Source: Felis catus (taxonomy: Eukaryota). From it: a stretch of DNA of 64,000 nucleotides. Below are positions 1 to 12,972 of this stretch, one piece after another. The stretch's first letter is position 1. The number at the start of each line of letters is the position of its first letter. The stretch covers positions 180,856,001 through 180,920,000 of the forward strand of contig NC_058368.1 of the NCBI RefSeq assembly GCF_018350175.1, given 5' to 3'. Both the position numbers and the translations under genes were made by a program. The notes under the pieces are model-generated. The model was not told the DNA's origin. It worked only from the letters and a program-made list of their open reading frames with translations, and did no database searches.

Positions 1-284
1 CCTTGGATTTCTATTTTCAAAACCACATTGGACTAAAATTACCTTAAGCTCCCATCCTTTCCTTTGTTTCTTATATTAACATCTAACTTACCTCTAATCC
101 ATTCCTTGGATATCTCTGAAGTTATTCTGCAGCATTTTTTTGCATGGCTATGAGGTTCTGAGATCTCAGAACACAGAGATAGCAGACTTGTGCCCTGACC
201 TTAGGGAACTCAATGTCTCTGAAAGGAATATGCAAAATAATGTTAACTCACTCACTGCCTCTTCCCACTGACTTTGTCTAATGC

Positions 285-400
285 ATTTCATCAGCATGTG
301 TTTAGTCAGTGCCTACTATGTGCTAGCACTATGCTACTTGCTGGGGGATCCAACATGAACTAGAGAGGGCATGGTTAGTGACCCCTCAAAGAACTTCATT
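285..400 (-). mobile_element. L2 LINE 3' end fragment
   Basis: 'agtgcctactatgtgctagcact' resembles the reverse complement of the L2 3' terminus. Confidence 0.65.
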
Positions 401-469
401 CAAGAGAAACTTAAAATGAATCATTCATGGGTTGTAAGTCTTCATTCCTGATTGTACATATTTCTGTAG

Positions 470-690
470 TCTAACAGTGCCCCTGGAAGGCAAGGACACT
501 GTCAGGCACAAAGAAAACATCAATAAATATTCATTGCATGAGTGACTGCTGGGGGTTGACCGCCCACAGCTTCCTGCACCCCAGTATGGGCTCTCCTATT
601 GGTGCTTCCAGGATTAACTGAGGGTATCTCAGTTGTAGTGTTGGTGCCTAACACAGAGCAGGTGCCCAACAGATATTTGTTGGTCTCATT
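470..690 (+). mobile_element. L2 3' end fragments (two short pieces)
   Basis: 'caggcacaaagaaaacatcaataaatattcattgcatgagtga' and 'gtgcctaacacagagcaggtgcccaacagatatttgttg' resemble the L2 tail. Confidence 0.5.
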
Positions 691-1559
691 TGGATTTATC
701 ACCTCACTACAGCATGAATTGTCATTTCTGTGCAATGATTCCATTCTACAGTAATAATTAAAACCACAGGCAGTTATATTTATATCAGGGAAAACATGAT
801 ATGATCATCCCTTATCACAAAAGGAAATATAAAATCATTCTTAATTCTAGAGATTGTTGCAGTTGAAAAAAAATTCAAATCTTCTAATAAGAAGTTTATA
901 TTTTGAGCTCTTAATAACAGGTTTTTGATGCATAAACATGCTTTTTTCCTAGGGTTTGTTTAACCAAAAAATATGTATTCATAAATTGCATAGTCCTCAA
1001 TTTAGCAGAGATCTAAAGAGAATCTGAGAGTAATGATAGGTTCTTGCTCTTATGAATTTAACTGTGCTGCCATGGATTTACTTATTTTAATGTAACTTAG
1101 GATAAATTATTCCTCTATAAATATAACTCTTTCAAGATTCAGAATATTTCATTCTGTGGAAGGACATGATACAGTATCAGTATTCAAAACAAAGGATGCT
1201 AAGTGTTCAGAACTATGTGCCCATAGAAGAGTGATTTAATAATAGTAAAATTGTACTATAGGGTTGTGCTTCCCTTTTTTGGAGAAAATGAATATGAACT
1301 GAACTATAAGTTAGTGGGTTTCAATGATGGCTCCTTTTGTGCAAGAGCAGTTTGAATCTTGGATCCATAAAGAAATTCAAGGATGTTAGAAGTTCTTCTC
1401 CCAAACAGAACCTACTTTGCATGTCTTTATTCTTTTTATTTATAACAGAGAAAAAGAAAGTATTAAATACACATTTTGAAGAGGCAATTATAGTAAGTTT
1501 TGGCATCCTGGTTACCCCAGGGAATCACATCTGTGAGACTGCCATTTTACGTGATTATT

Positions 1560-1755
1560 GCCCTGAAAAACAAACGCATTTCAACTTGCATGCCGATTTG
1601 ATTGATTAGTAGTGGCTGCTTAGAGGACTGTTGAGAAGTATTGGCAGGCTGCATCTGCTCCCAGTAGGAAAAAGGGGCTGTGATCGATTAGTGATGTCTA
1701 CCCTGGGTGCAAGAATGAGAAGTGATAACACATGTGTTTAGTATCTGCCAAAATG
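1560..1755. mobile_element. Ancient hAT-type MITE remnant, family unassigned
   Basis: Paired motifs 'gattgattagtagtggctg' and 'gatcgattagtgatgtcta' plus a 'tatctgcca' end resemble recalled mammalian MER-type elements. Confidence 0.45.
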
Positions 1756-2660
1756 AATTGTAATGCCAAAATCAGGAGAGAAAACTCATTTTTTTCTGGT
1801 ATTGCTGATATATAATTAAGCTACACATCCAAACAGGCCAGGTTTTTATAGAAGTCAAAATTAAGACCTATGCAACTTCTATCCTAGAAGTCAAGTCACT
1901 GGTCAGTAATTGTATAATAAGTCCAGTTTGCTCTTAAATTAAAAAATACATATATGTACTGACACAAAGTCTAACACTGTGTACAAATATAGTTTGTGTT
2001 GGAAAAAAGCCTTACTCACAATTGCAAATCCAGGCATGAACTTCCAAAGGCTTAACTTTCCCTAACCACCTGACTTCTAATAATAGTCTCTTGTTCCATC
2101 CATGATTTAAGTGCTATCCTGAAGTTATTTATTTTTTTTTCTACCAAATAAAACTATTGGTTCAAAATCCTATTTGTAGTCTGCAGGATAAAATCCTGCA
2201 AAGTTCTGCATTTGGGTGATAGAACAACACCCTAATTTGTATTAAAATCCCAACTATGTGTACTTTTCACTTAAAAATTAAACTCAAATACAGATTTGAT
2301 GACTAAAACTACAGATTTGATTGTTAAATGAAGGCTACTCCTTAAAGCTCAAAGAGAACTTCTAACTGAAAGAGTGCTGCCAAATAAGAATGAATGGTCA
2401 CACAATTATAAATGAAGGCCAAGAGTGGAGAACTGACAGAGTAGATCTCTGTAAGAGTAATTTTACAGTGACAATGCAACAATACTTTTGATAATCCTTC
2501 ATTCTCATAAGCAGGGAGATTAAACACAATGATTACATTATGCAGCAGGACAAAGTGATTGTAGCTACGATTTTGAAAGTAAGACAATGATCAGACATTT
2601 AGCCCACTAACCCTAGCCAGTTTAATGTCCACCTTTAACCTCTGACACAGTATCAAGTAA

Positions 2661-2696
2661 AAACTAAAAACAAACAAAACAAAACAAAACAAAAAA
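2661..2696. repeat. (CAAAA)n microsatellite
   Basis: aaaacaaacaaaacaaaacaaaacaaaaa. Confidence 0.9.
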
Positions 2697-3169
2697 TCTT
2701 CTCTGTGGCATCCAAGATTTAAAGAATTGTGCTGTGAGTTTCTAGTTTGTTTCTCTCCTACCCTTAGAAAAGGAAGCTCTATCCCTTGGAAAAGAATAAA
2801 ACTAGTTCAATTTTTGCTTTAAGAAAAAAGAGAAAAGAAAACGAAAATATAAAATTCAGCAGAAATGTCACACTGAGGAATCATAATAAGCATTAAGCAT
2901 TATTTAAGTCATGCATAACCACTAAAATATATGACCCCTTTCCATAAATTGAAAGGCACTGTATTCAGCAGATTATGGGCCTCAAATGCTGAACTAAGGG
3001 AAGCTCCTAAGATGCCCATGCCTTGTAGACCTACAGATTAACTCTGATCCGTGGTAGCTTTCTCTCCAAGCAAGCACTACGCTCTGCCTGGAGAACTGCC
3101 AAGGTTGGGCTTTCTTTTCTCTTCCGTCAGGGGATATTTGTTGAGAACCTGTATGCTAAGGGCTGTGTT

Positions 3170-3222
3170 GGGGAGAGGGAGGGAGGGAGGGAGGGAAGGA
3201 GGCAGGGGAAGAGAAGGTAGAG
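3170..3222. repeat. (GGGA)n purine-rich simple repeat
   Basis: gggagagggagggagggagggagggaaggaggcagggg. Confidence 0.85.
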
Positions 3223-3454
3223 GTGTGGATTCAGACCTTCTCCTCCAAGGATTTACAGCCTGCTGACATCTGGCAAATAGTCTCCAGAAGACACTTTAAG
3301 GCTCATCCGTTGCTAATGGAATGTGTGGTTCTGACAAGAGAAAGGCTAGAACCGGCTGATTCTGACGACAAAGAATTGGCCAGAAATATTACACACACAA
3401 TCAAAGAAAATGCTCCACTCAAAACTAATTTTGAGACAGAAAATGTGAACTCTT

Positions 3455-3530
3455 GAAAGGACCCTAGAAGATCATCAGGTTGAACATCCTCATTTTACAA
3501 ATGAGGAAACTGAGGTATAAGTGATTTGCT
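3455..3530 (-). mobile_element. MIR SINE core fragment
   Basis: 'cctcattttacaaatgaggaaactgagg' is the MIR core. Confidence 0.85.
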
Positions 3531-4619
3531 CTCTTGTGGTTGTTTTGCTATAACACATGGTGTCTTTATGCAACAGAGAACTTCATGTTTTCCTAAGAGC
3601 TTCAGTGCTTCAGCTCTATCAGATTTAATTAAGTTAGGGTAGCATTATATTTAAAAATTAGTTATGTGGCTATCAATACCAACTTGGTGATACTTTAATC
3701 TCCATGGTGGGGCAGCAGGACAGAAGATGGGGTAATACCTCCTCCTGAATTCTTAGGCCTATGAATATGCTATAGTACTTTACAAAGGCATATATTTTCA
3801 TTTTCAGGATGACTTAAACAAACTAAAGGCTGCAAGACCATCTTGACCAGACAAAAAAATTTTTGCCTACGTTTATATATACCACTTTTTATTACCGAGT
3901 TGGCATCATGAGTGACAACATCTAAAGTGACAATGTTCAGCTTCTGATGCAGGATTTTGCAAACTAGGGTTTGTGAGTTCAAAAATGGAGATGTAAGGAC
4001 ACGGAGTTTAACATTTCAGATTTATGCTCTCTGAAGTTGATATTCTTCCTTCATTTGAAATGTCATCTGGTGTACATCTAGCATAGAGGGTCTATTTAAT
4101 GAGACTCTATGGCAGTTCTCAAAAATACCTACTCCCAATGTCTCCCCTCTCCTTTTCCTAGTTTTCTCTTCTCTCTATCTTAATCAAGAGAATGTAATAT
4201 AGCCAGTCAGCAGAGAGCCTAAAAAGAGAAATCAGAAGCAACATGGGGCATCATTCACATTGGACACCTCGAATGCACAACTTTACATACAGAACAATGT
4301 GAATGGATCCCCCCTGGAGTTATCCACTCTGCTGTGTTGAGCATGCTTCTAAGCTGAATCAGATGGTCTGTGTGGAGTCAAGATCTTGACTCTTAAGCCT
4401 CATTACAGACACTGAGGCCAGAGTGGGTAGGAGGTGCAGATGATTGCTTGGGAATGCTGTCCTTGAGTAGTTTTGTCAAAGGAGAAATTGAGGGGTTTGA
4501 TCGTGGCCACTGAGTTCCGGGTTGGTGGATAGTGGTGCCTTTCTCAGAAAATCAGGGGTTGTACTCGGGCAAACAGGTGCACAGGCTAATTGTCTGCTCC
4601 CCAGCAGAGTTTGCTAGCC

Positions 4620-5700
<1,081 letters not shown>

Positions 5701-5944
5701 TCTTTCCACCACAAAAGAATGAGGGTGGGGAGCTGATTTTTTTTTTTTACCTAGAAGTTTCTATCTAGGTATTTCTGACTGTCTGAAAACTGAACGAAAA
5801 CCAATGAAGGTTTCCAGGAAACAGTTATGTTTGGATTTGGGGATTTTTTTCCCCTTTTACTTAGAATATTTTCATATATGGTCTCCCTAATAAAAAAGAT
5901 TGGGACCATGAAATCATTGGGACTCAACATTCCCATTCACATGG

Positions 5945-6120
5945 TGGTATTAAATGCTGTGCAATTTCATACTTCAACCATGTCCTGAGAAATGCAGGCC
6001 AGACATTAATATCCAGCTTTACAGATAAAGAAACTGACACTTGAAGAGTTTCCCAAGGCCTTATATCTAGTCTGTGGCCATCAAGATGAGAGAAGCTCTC
6101 TTGACTTCCAACATCCTTGC
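5945..6120 (-). mobile_element. MIR fragment
   Basis: 'tttacagataaagaaactgacac...tttcccaaggcc'. Confidence 0.75.
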
Positions 6121-6534
6121 AGTCAGGGAGACCTATGATCCCATCTGGCCAGGGGCTGAGGGGTTCCTGGGATGCAGCCCTTTCAGAGTTAACACCAGTC
6201 TGGTCCCTGGCCAACTGGGATGATAATTCACTCTAACTACAGTTGAAGTTAACTTGTCTCTGAATGGGGAAACATACAGGTGAGAAATTTTCTACATTGG
6301 GCTCCTTTTAAGTTCTGACTTTTCAGAGTAGGTGACAGAGCTATAAGTGGGAAATAGGGAGAAAGAAATAAAAATGGCCTTCAAAGCTGGATTTCACCAC
6401 CTTCCTTACTGTTTTCCCAACGAGCTTGCAATCTCTGTGAGCAAGAGGTGGTGGGCATTTTTTTTTCATGTAGGCTTTAGCACCTCACTCTCTCTAGCCT
6501 GTGGTAGGTGCTCAATACACATTTGTGAAATATT

Positions 6535-6790
6535 ACTAATATTAATAGCTTGTGTTTATAGAACCCTTATTAAATTACTTTGCTCAGTAACGTAAATGCA
6601 TTTTCTCAATTAATACACATACCATCTTACTGAAGAAAGTATTACGCTACTGTTATTCCTTCTACACCAGTGAGGAAACTAGAACATAGAGGGTCCAGGT
6701 AACAGGGTCACTGTTGCCCAGGTAGGGAGTTGGTAAGGCAGATAAGGATGCCGTTCTGATGTTTCAACAGCCCACACTCTTAACTATATG
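6535..6790 (-). mobile_element. MIR, near full length and degenerate
   Basis: 'aatagcttgtgtttatagaaccctt...gtgaggaaactagaacatagag'. Confidence 0.65.
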
Positions 6791-7222
6791 ATAACACTTT
6801 GGAAAGAAGGACACTCATGGCTTATCTAACCCTGTGGTGGTGTTGACTCTCTGGGAGTCCGAAGGCAAAGCATCTCATTTAGGGGAAACAAATGTTCTAC
6901 TTTGCTGCCTGGGGAACAGAAGTGGGCATATATTTCTCTGTTTGTTCATACTCTTGGTACAGCAGAATAGTTTTGCAGGTACACGGCAATGTTTGGAATT
7001 TCTCTGTAATCTAGTCTTGATTAAATTCACCTCTCAGATGAGTCCCTACAACCTCCTAACTAGTCCTCCAGCTTCTATTCTTGTTACTCTCCAATCCTTC
7101 CCCATCAGTCTGAGTGGTCTTTAAAGATGTAGTCAGAGCATGCCACACAATGCTTAAAGTCTATCAATAACTTCTCATTGCCATTGAAGCAAAACCTGAA
7201 CCTCATGCCGTTTGCCTGTACT

Positions 7223-7362
7223 AGTGCCTTAACGTTCAGGTCCATGAACTACCTGAGGACTCAGGCTAGTGCAATGCCCATTCCGATTCAGAAGGTCTGG
7301 GCTGCGGCCCAGATTTTATATTTTTAATCAGCTCCCAGGTGATACAGATGCTGTGGGTCTGA
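7223..7362 (-). mobile_element. MER5A-like hAT MITE
   Basis: 'gattcagaaggtctgggctgcggcccag...cagctcccaggtgatacagatgctg'. Confidence 0.75.
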
Positions 7363-7471
7363 CTTCCATCTACTTTCCCTCTTATCTCAGGCTCTATCTA
7401 AGCTTCACACAATTTCTTCTGGTTCCTCAACATGACCAAGAGCTTTCCCGGCCCATTCTTTGCTATTCTTT

Positions 7472-7676
7472 TTTTTTTCCCCTAATTAATTAATTAATTA
7501 GTTTTGAGAGAGTGAGCAGGGAAGGAGGAGAGAGAGAGAGAGGGAGAAAGAGAGAATCCAAAGCAGACTCTGTGCTGACAGTAGAAAGCCCAATGCGGGG
7601 CTTGAACTCGCGAACTGTGAGATCATGACTTGGGCCGAAGCTGGACACTTAAAGGACTGAGCCACCCAGGTGCCCC
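7472..7676 (-). mobile_element. Carnivore tRNA-derived SINE (SINEC, feliform type)
   Basis: 'gagatcatgacttgggccgaag...gactgagccacccaggtgcccc'; perfect 15-bp TSD TCTTTGCTATTCTTT at 7457-7471 and 7677-7691. Confidence 0.97.
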
Positions 7677-7822
7677 TCTTTGCTATTCTTTGTAGGAAAA
7701 CAAAAGCCTTCCCACTGTCTGCCCCACCCCTGAAACCTTGTTACATGGTGATCTCAATTTTACTTTCCAGATTTAGGCTTAATGTCACCACTTCAAAAGT
7801 CTTCCTCTCTATTCTAAGGAGA

Positions 7823-7825
<3 letters not shown>

Positions 7826-7870
<45 letters not shown>
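7826..7870. repeat. (GT)n microsatellite, about 22 units
   Basis: Uninterrupted GT run. Confidence 0.98.
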
Positions 7871-7872
<2 letters not shown>

Positions 7873-9019
7873 CTCAGCATCTGGTATATTTTTGTCACAG
7901 CACTCACACTGGTCATCATATTTTTATTACTCCAAGATTTTACATTCCCCTCTAGAATAGCAGCTTCATAAAGTCAGGGGCTACCTCCTTCTTAGGTATT
8001 ATGAGGCCCATAGTGCTTAGAAAGGTGCTGGCTGGGGGTAGGTGTGCAGTGATTATTAGATGAATGAACATGCTATCCAGTCAAATGGTGGATTTACTTT
8101 ACATCAAAACATTCATGGGAATTGCTACAGTTTGAACTGCATTTCCCTTAGGCTGCCAAAGCTATTTTTCCCAGGAGTACAGAATAATATGTAAAAATGC
8201 CAGATTTGTTTTCCTGTTCGGAACAAATACAGCCAACCTAAGTGCCTTGCTCCTTTCATATAAACCGGGGGAGTACAAAAGCAAACTGTCACACACGATC
8301 ACTTTCCAGGCGGAGTTGAAGCATTGCAATATGAAAACAGGTTCCCCTTCATAAGATACAGAGAGCTCCAAAACATTTAAGTGACATCGGGTCTCATTCT
8401 CGATGAGTCGGCTGCCATAACACTTTATTTATACAACTCATTCCATTTCTCTGAGGAGTTTTACAACCATCTTATCAGTTTTCCTCTTGAGGAGGTAACT
8501 CCATAGGAGGGATTAATCCTCTTATACTGGGGCAGCCCCAGGAAGTGAGTTATATTACTTGTGTCACAGAGGCAGAAGCTGGAGGCCAAGGAGGCTGGAA
8601 TGGCCTTGAATCTGATATCTGGAGAAGGGCAAGGTAATGAAAACGACAAGCAACCAAGTGCACCAATCACAGCAGCAGAGATTCGCCCCTCCATCCTGGA
8701 GATTCCAGCCCTGGTCCACACCTTGAATATAGCACTTTCTACACTTGGCTTTGAGAACTTAGATTTTTTTTTTGAAGGGGACAGTCTGGTTCATCTCTGA
8801 TACTCATGCAGCTTCTCAGGACAGAAGGTCCACACCTATGCACCCCCACCCCACGGCCCCCTCACATGCACCAACACCCGGAACCTGCTCCTAAAAAGCT
8901 GTTGCTTGTTGGCAGAGCAACTCCTTGGTCTAATTCAAGGTGGCCTGAAGAAATGCAAGGGGATTTGTTCTTCAAAATTAACCTGCGTAAACGGTGAAAA
9001 GCAAAGGGTTCAGCTCATA

Positions 9020-9295
9020 CGCTGTTGGTGGTACAGCTCATACTCTGTTTCTGCACTGCTACAGCATTTTGTTGGCAATATGCAAACTTATAAAAGATCC
9101 ACTGCCTATTATGTTTACCCTACTATAGTTTTATCAAAAGGAAATAATCATAGATGTACAAAGCAATTTTTATAGAAGGATGATCTTTGCAGTGGTTTTT
9201 TTTTAACAAAAAAATGCAAAGAGCAAAAATGCCTGACATAATACATCAGCATGATGGAATAACATTAATATGATGCTGAGAATATTTAATAACAT
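9020..9295 (+). mobile_element. Old L1 (L1M-type) 3' fragment, highly degenerate
   Basis: 'catacgctgttggtgg...ttggcaatat...agaaggatgatctttgcagtg...atgatggaata' resembles the old L1 3' region. Confidence 0.45.
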
Positions 9296-9304
9296 ACGTT
9301 AATA

Positions 9305-9535
9305 TTAATAACTAGTATTTACAAGCAATTTTGAACATGCCATAGTGCTAAGCACATTATATATACTAATTTATTTTCTCTCATAAGGTTGCTATGAGAT
9401 AGGTATTATCTGAAGATTAAGAAACTGAGATCTAAAGAAATTAAGACCCTACTTAAGTCACCCCACTCATCAGCATTGAAATGTAGATTCCAACTCAAAT
9501 CAGGTGACCCCAGAGCCCCAAAGCTAAACTACACT
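9305..9535 (-). mobile_element. MIR
   Basis: 'gtgctaagcac...ctatgagataggtattat...aagaaactgagatctaaagaaattaag'. Confidence 0.8.
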
Positions 9536-9709
9536 GTTCCTGTGTGCTGGTTCATGCTGCAGTATATTGCCATATGAAAGAGGGTATGTGTAGAGGAGTA
9601 TCTCATGTCAGGATTTGAAAAACTGTATGACTATGAAGTTACATATAATTATGCATGTAATATATAATTATGTATAATAAATATGATGCATTTTTCTTTC
9701 TGTCCTTAC

Positions 9710-9825
9710 ATCAAAAGATATTTATTAAGCATCTGCTCTGTGCTCAGGAACAGTTCTAGGTTCGAGCAATTTGTGGTAAACAATTAACATAAAGTTTCTG
9801 CTCTTACGGATCTTCTATTTTACTA
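9710..9825 (-). mobile_element. L2 3' end fragment
   Basis: 'atatttattaagcatctgctctgtgctcaggaacagttctagg'. Confidence 0.7.
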
Positions 9826-9871
9826 TTTCTTAGGCATATCGAGAGAGAGAGAGAGGGACAGGGAGGGAAGC

Positions 9872-10130
9872 TATATATCCAAAGGTTACTAGTATCTCTA
9901 GGCGTGTCATTTTGGACAGTTTTAACTGTCTTCCTAAATCTTGTCTGTAAATTCCAATTGTTCTATGTTCATAGAATATAGAAAAAAAGAGCATAGTTAA
10001 TATATATCCAAAGGTTACTAGTATCTCTGGGTGTGTCATTTTGGACAGTTTTAACTGTCTTCCTAAATCTTGTCTGTATATTCCAATTGTTCTATGTTCA
10101 TAGAATACAGAAAAAAAAGAGCATAGTTAA
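9872..10130. repeat. Head-to-tail tandem duplication, 129 + 130 bp
   Basis: Copies 9872-10000 and 10001-10130 differ by 4 substitutions and a 1-bp indel in an A run. Confidence 0.97.
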
Positions 10131-11544
10131 TTCATGTCATTAATAAAAAAAAGGTTTAAGGAATTAAAAGGCACATCCACTTCAAAAAAGACACGTCCAG
10201 GCTGTTTTTACTCTCCTGTCCCCCTGGGGGCTCCCCATGTGTCCTGAACTGCCCGTCTCCAACAGAAAAGCCCCCTGGGCTATCACCGAATCCTCCCCCT
10301 CCCTGACAAAGTCAACACTGGCCATGGTGCCATGGATTACCATCCACCTGCCCTGCCCACCTCTCCAGCCTTTGTGCTTCCTGAGCATTCCATCAAGATG
10401 GGACACTCCAGGCTGACTGAAGGCATGACCTATTTCAGACATTCTCTTTCCACCACAGTCATAACCAGGTACTTATTAACCAACCCCATGATTAACAAGA
10501 AAATTAAGTCTGAAAACAGGGCCAAGCCTCCAATCCACTCACTTCAGAAACTAATCTGTGTCAGCCTCCTCGATCTAGCTCATTTGCAATTATTCCTCAC
10601 AGCCAAATTTCCCTTCCAAACATGGGAAATGATATTGAAAAAACTTGCGTTTATAAATCATTACCCTAATTCCCAAATTTTACTTTGGATCATCAGAGGA
10701 GCCCTAATTAGAAAACAAATACAAATATAGAACTTCTCATGCAGGCCTGGGAAAGTTTTTTTCTTGCCTGCTGGGAATATCGTTTAACCTCTTAGGACCA
10801 CAATTTCCACCTTCACGATACACAGATAATAATTCCTCCCCCACACAAGTGTTGGTGGTTTCATGTATGTAAAGTGCTTTGATGATTTTTTTTTTTTTTA
10901 AATTGCAAGGGCAGTGCCAATGCTGTTTCAAATCTCTCTGGCCCCTCACATCTAAGGCTTTCCTAATGCACCAAAGTGAAAGGTTTTCCTCCGTGTGATG
11001 TTTCCAGAGGAAGATATCATTCCTTTTTTCCCCCCCTTCCTTTTTTAGTGGGTTGAGGGCACAAACGGAAAGACACTGTAAGAAACGGTATGAGGTCTAA
11101 CCATTTCAGGTGTGAAATGAACTTTCTCTGGCATCACCAGCAAAGAGCTCTGAGCTGCGGTGCTAACTCAACTCAGGGAGGCGAGCCAAGGCTAGAATAA
11201 AAGCCTTAATTGAGAACGCCTTTGTGTGAGTGGATTTAAGCAAGACCTTTCAAATTAATTTAACATAGTCTCTTTTATTTAATTCTCTTTGTTCAAATGT
11301 CAACTTTTTGTCAGAATCTAGTGTGCTGCTTTGCTTCTGTCCTGATGGGCTCTTGCATGCTCGCCCAGCAACATTTTCTCCATCCGGAGAGCCTGTCTTC
11401 TGTGCAGAACTCTGTCTGGAGCAACTCAGGAGGTATTTTCATCCATCTGGACAGAGACCTGCAGCCCCCGCTGGTTTTTCCACTCACAGGCAGGGTTGCT
11501 CTCTAAATGGGTCATGCTGGTTTCCACAGAAAGGCCAGATGTCT

Positions 11545-11760
11545 AGTGTCAGACTGCCCTGAGTTCTCATCCAGGCTCCACCACTTTTTCTCCGTGTAAT
11601 CTTGTGCAAGGTACTTGCATCTCTGCGCCTCAATTTCTTCATCTGTAAAATGGGGATACCTAGTACTTCCTGGGCTGTTGCTGAGTTAACATAAAGCACT
11701 TGGCTAAGGGCCTGGTTAATGTTAAATGGGTTGTAACCACAAGTTATCATCATTATGACT
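11545..11760 (+). mobile_element. MIR
   Basis: 'ctctgcgcctcaatttcttcatctgtaaaatggggata'. Confidence 0.9.
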
Positions 11761-11779
11761 GTCGTTATGATTTTGCTGG

Positions 11780-12550
11780 CTTTTTCCTTACCTGACATCT
11801 CTCATGCTCTGCTCCCTGCCAGTCTTTAGCATTTGATACAGTTGGTGATGCTATTTTCTGACTCCATCCCCCTACCTACTCCTTCTGTAGCTTTGATGAT
11901 GTTACATCAACGTGATTGTGATTCTTCTCCTAACTCTTTCCCTGTTTGTTCTCTTCTCTTCTATTTACGATTTTTCTGAAAACGTTGGAGGCTGTGTCCT
12001 CAGACCTCTCGCCTCCTATTGGTATACTCTCTCAGCTATGACAATCTGTCCACGGCTTCAGATGTCATTTCTGTTCAGTGACTACAACATCCCAGTATTT
12101 CTTAACATTTCTCACAGTCTGCTTTCCTTCCTTGCTTTTTTCGTCCATTCTTCCTTTCTCTCCATCTCTCTTTCTGGAATTCCAGACCCAAATTTCAGCT
12201 GCCTGTGGAGCGTCATCATCAGACCAATCCATAACTGATTGGGGTCAGATGTGTTTCCTGCCTCCCAGTAAAGGTCTTCCTACCCGAAACCCAATCTTTC
12301 TTTTCCTAAGAAGGGCCCCATGGTTTTCCTAGCCATCCTCAGAACTCCCTTTGATTTTTCCTTCTCTTTTATTCCTCCACATCCACACAACATGCAGGGT
12401 CTATGGCTTCTTTCCTGTCATAGTCCTGGCATCTCCCAGCCTCCAACGAGACACAGCCCAGAGTGCATTAAGCTCACTGCTGAGAGGCTGAGTTATGTCT
12501 TACATTAACCAGCTAAAGCTCTGCATTTCTGTAACCCCGCTCCCAGTTTG
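11780..12550 (+). mobile_element. L2 internal fragment, degenerate
   Basis: 'agcatttgatacagttggtga', 'ctgtcctcagacctctc' and 'tggaattccagaccca...gctgcctgtgga' are L2 ORF2-region motifs. Confidence 0.6.
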
Positions 12551-12584
12551 TCTTACACCTGCTTCCATGTGAACCCTTCCTCAA

Positions 12585-12732
12585 GAGCATCTGGGGAGCT
12601 TCTAAACACCCTGGTGTCCAGGCCCTTCCCTAGTCCTATTATATCAGAATCTCTGTGTTGGTACCCAGGCATCCACATTGCTTCAAACTCCCGAGGTGAT
12701 TCCAATGTGTAATCCAGGCTGCCAGCTACAGC
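12585..12732 (+). mobile_element. MER5-family hAT MITE
   Basis: 'atcagaatctctg...cccgaggtgattccaatgtgtaatccaggctg'. Confidence 0.75.
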
Positions 12733-12768
12733 TTAAAGAGAGAGCTAAGCAAGAGTCAGCTGTAAGAT

Positions 12769-12972
12769 CAGTGCTTCTCAAACTTCAGCAGATGTTAGGA
12801 TCACTTGGAGAGCATGGTAAAGCACAGATTGCTGGGCTCTACCCCTAAAGTTTCCAATTCTGCAGGTGTGGGGAGGGAGGGGAAGGGGGTGCTGAAATTT
12901 GCATTTCTAGCAAGTTCCTAGGCTGATGCTGTTGGCCTGGGGGGGGGGTACCAAACTTTGAGCATCATACAC
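12769..12972 (-). mobile_element. MER5A hAT MITE
   Basis: Starts 'cagtgcttctcaaact', contains 'atttgcatttctagcaagttcc', ends 'aactttgagcatc'. Confidence 0.85.

Larger units (their letters stand above)
7040..8070 (+). mobile_element. L2 fragment interrupted by MER5A, a SINE and (TG)n
   Basis: 'aacctcctaactagtcctccagcttct...ctccaatcc' through the L2-type tail 'tagatgaatgaa'. Confidence 0.7.

Noticed and set aside
2289..2321. Short direct repeats (TACAGATTTGAT x2; also TGAGAAGAAC x2 near 23111 and AAAATGTCC x2 near 21089)
   Set aside because: Ordinary micro-duplications from slippage, with no higher-order pattern
9872..10130. CRISPR-like or other repeat-spacer array
   Set aside because: Only two abutting copies with no unique spacers, no cas-like genes, and a mammalian context
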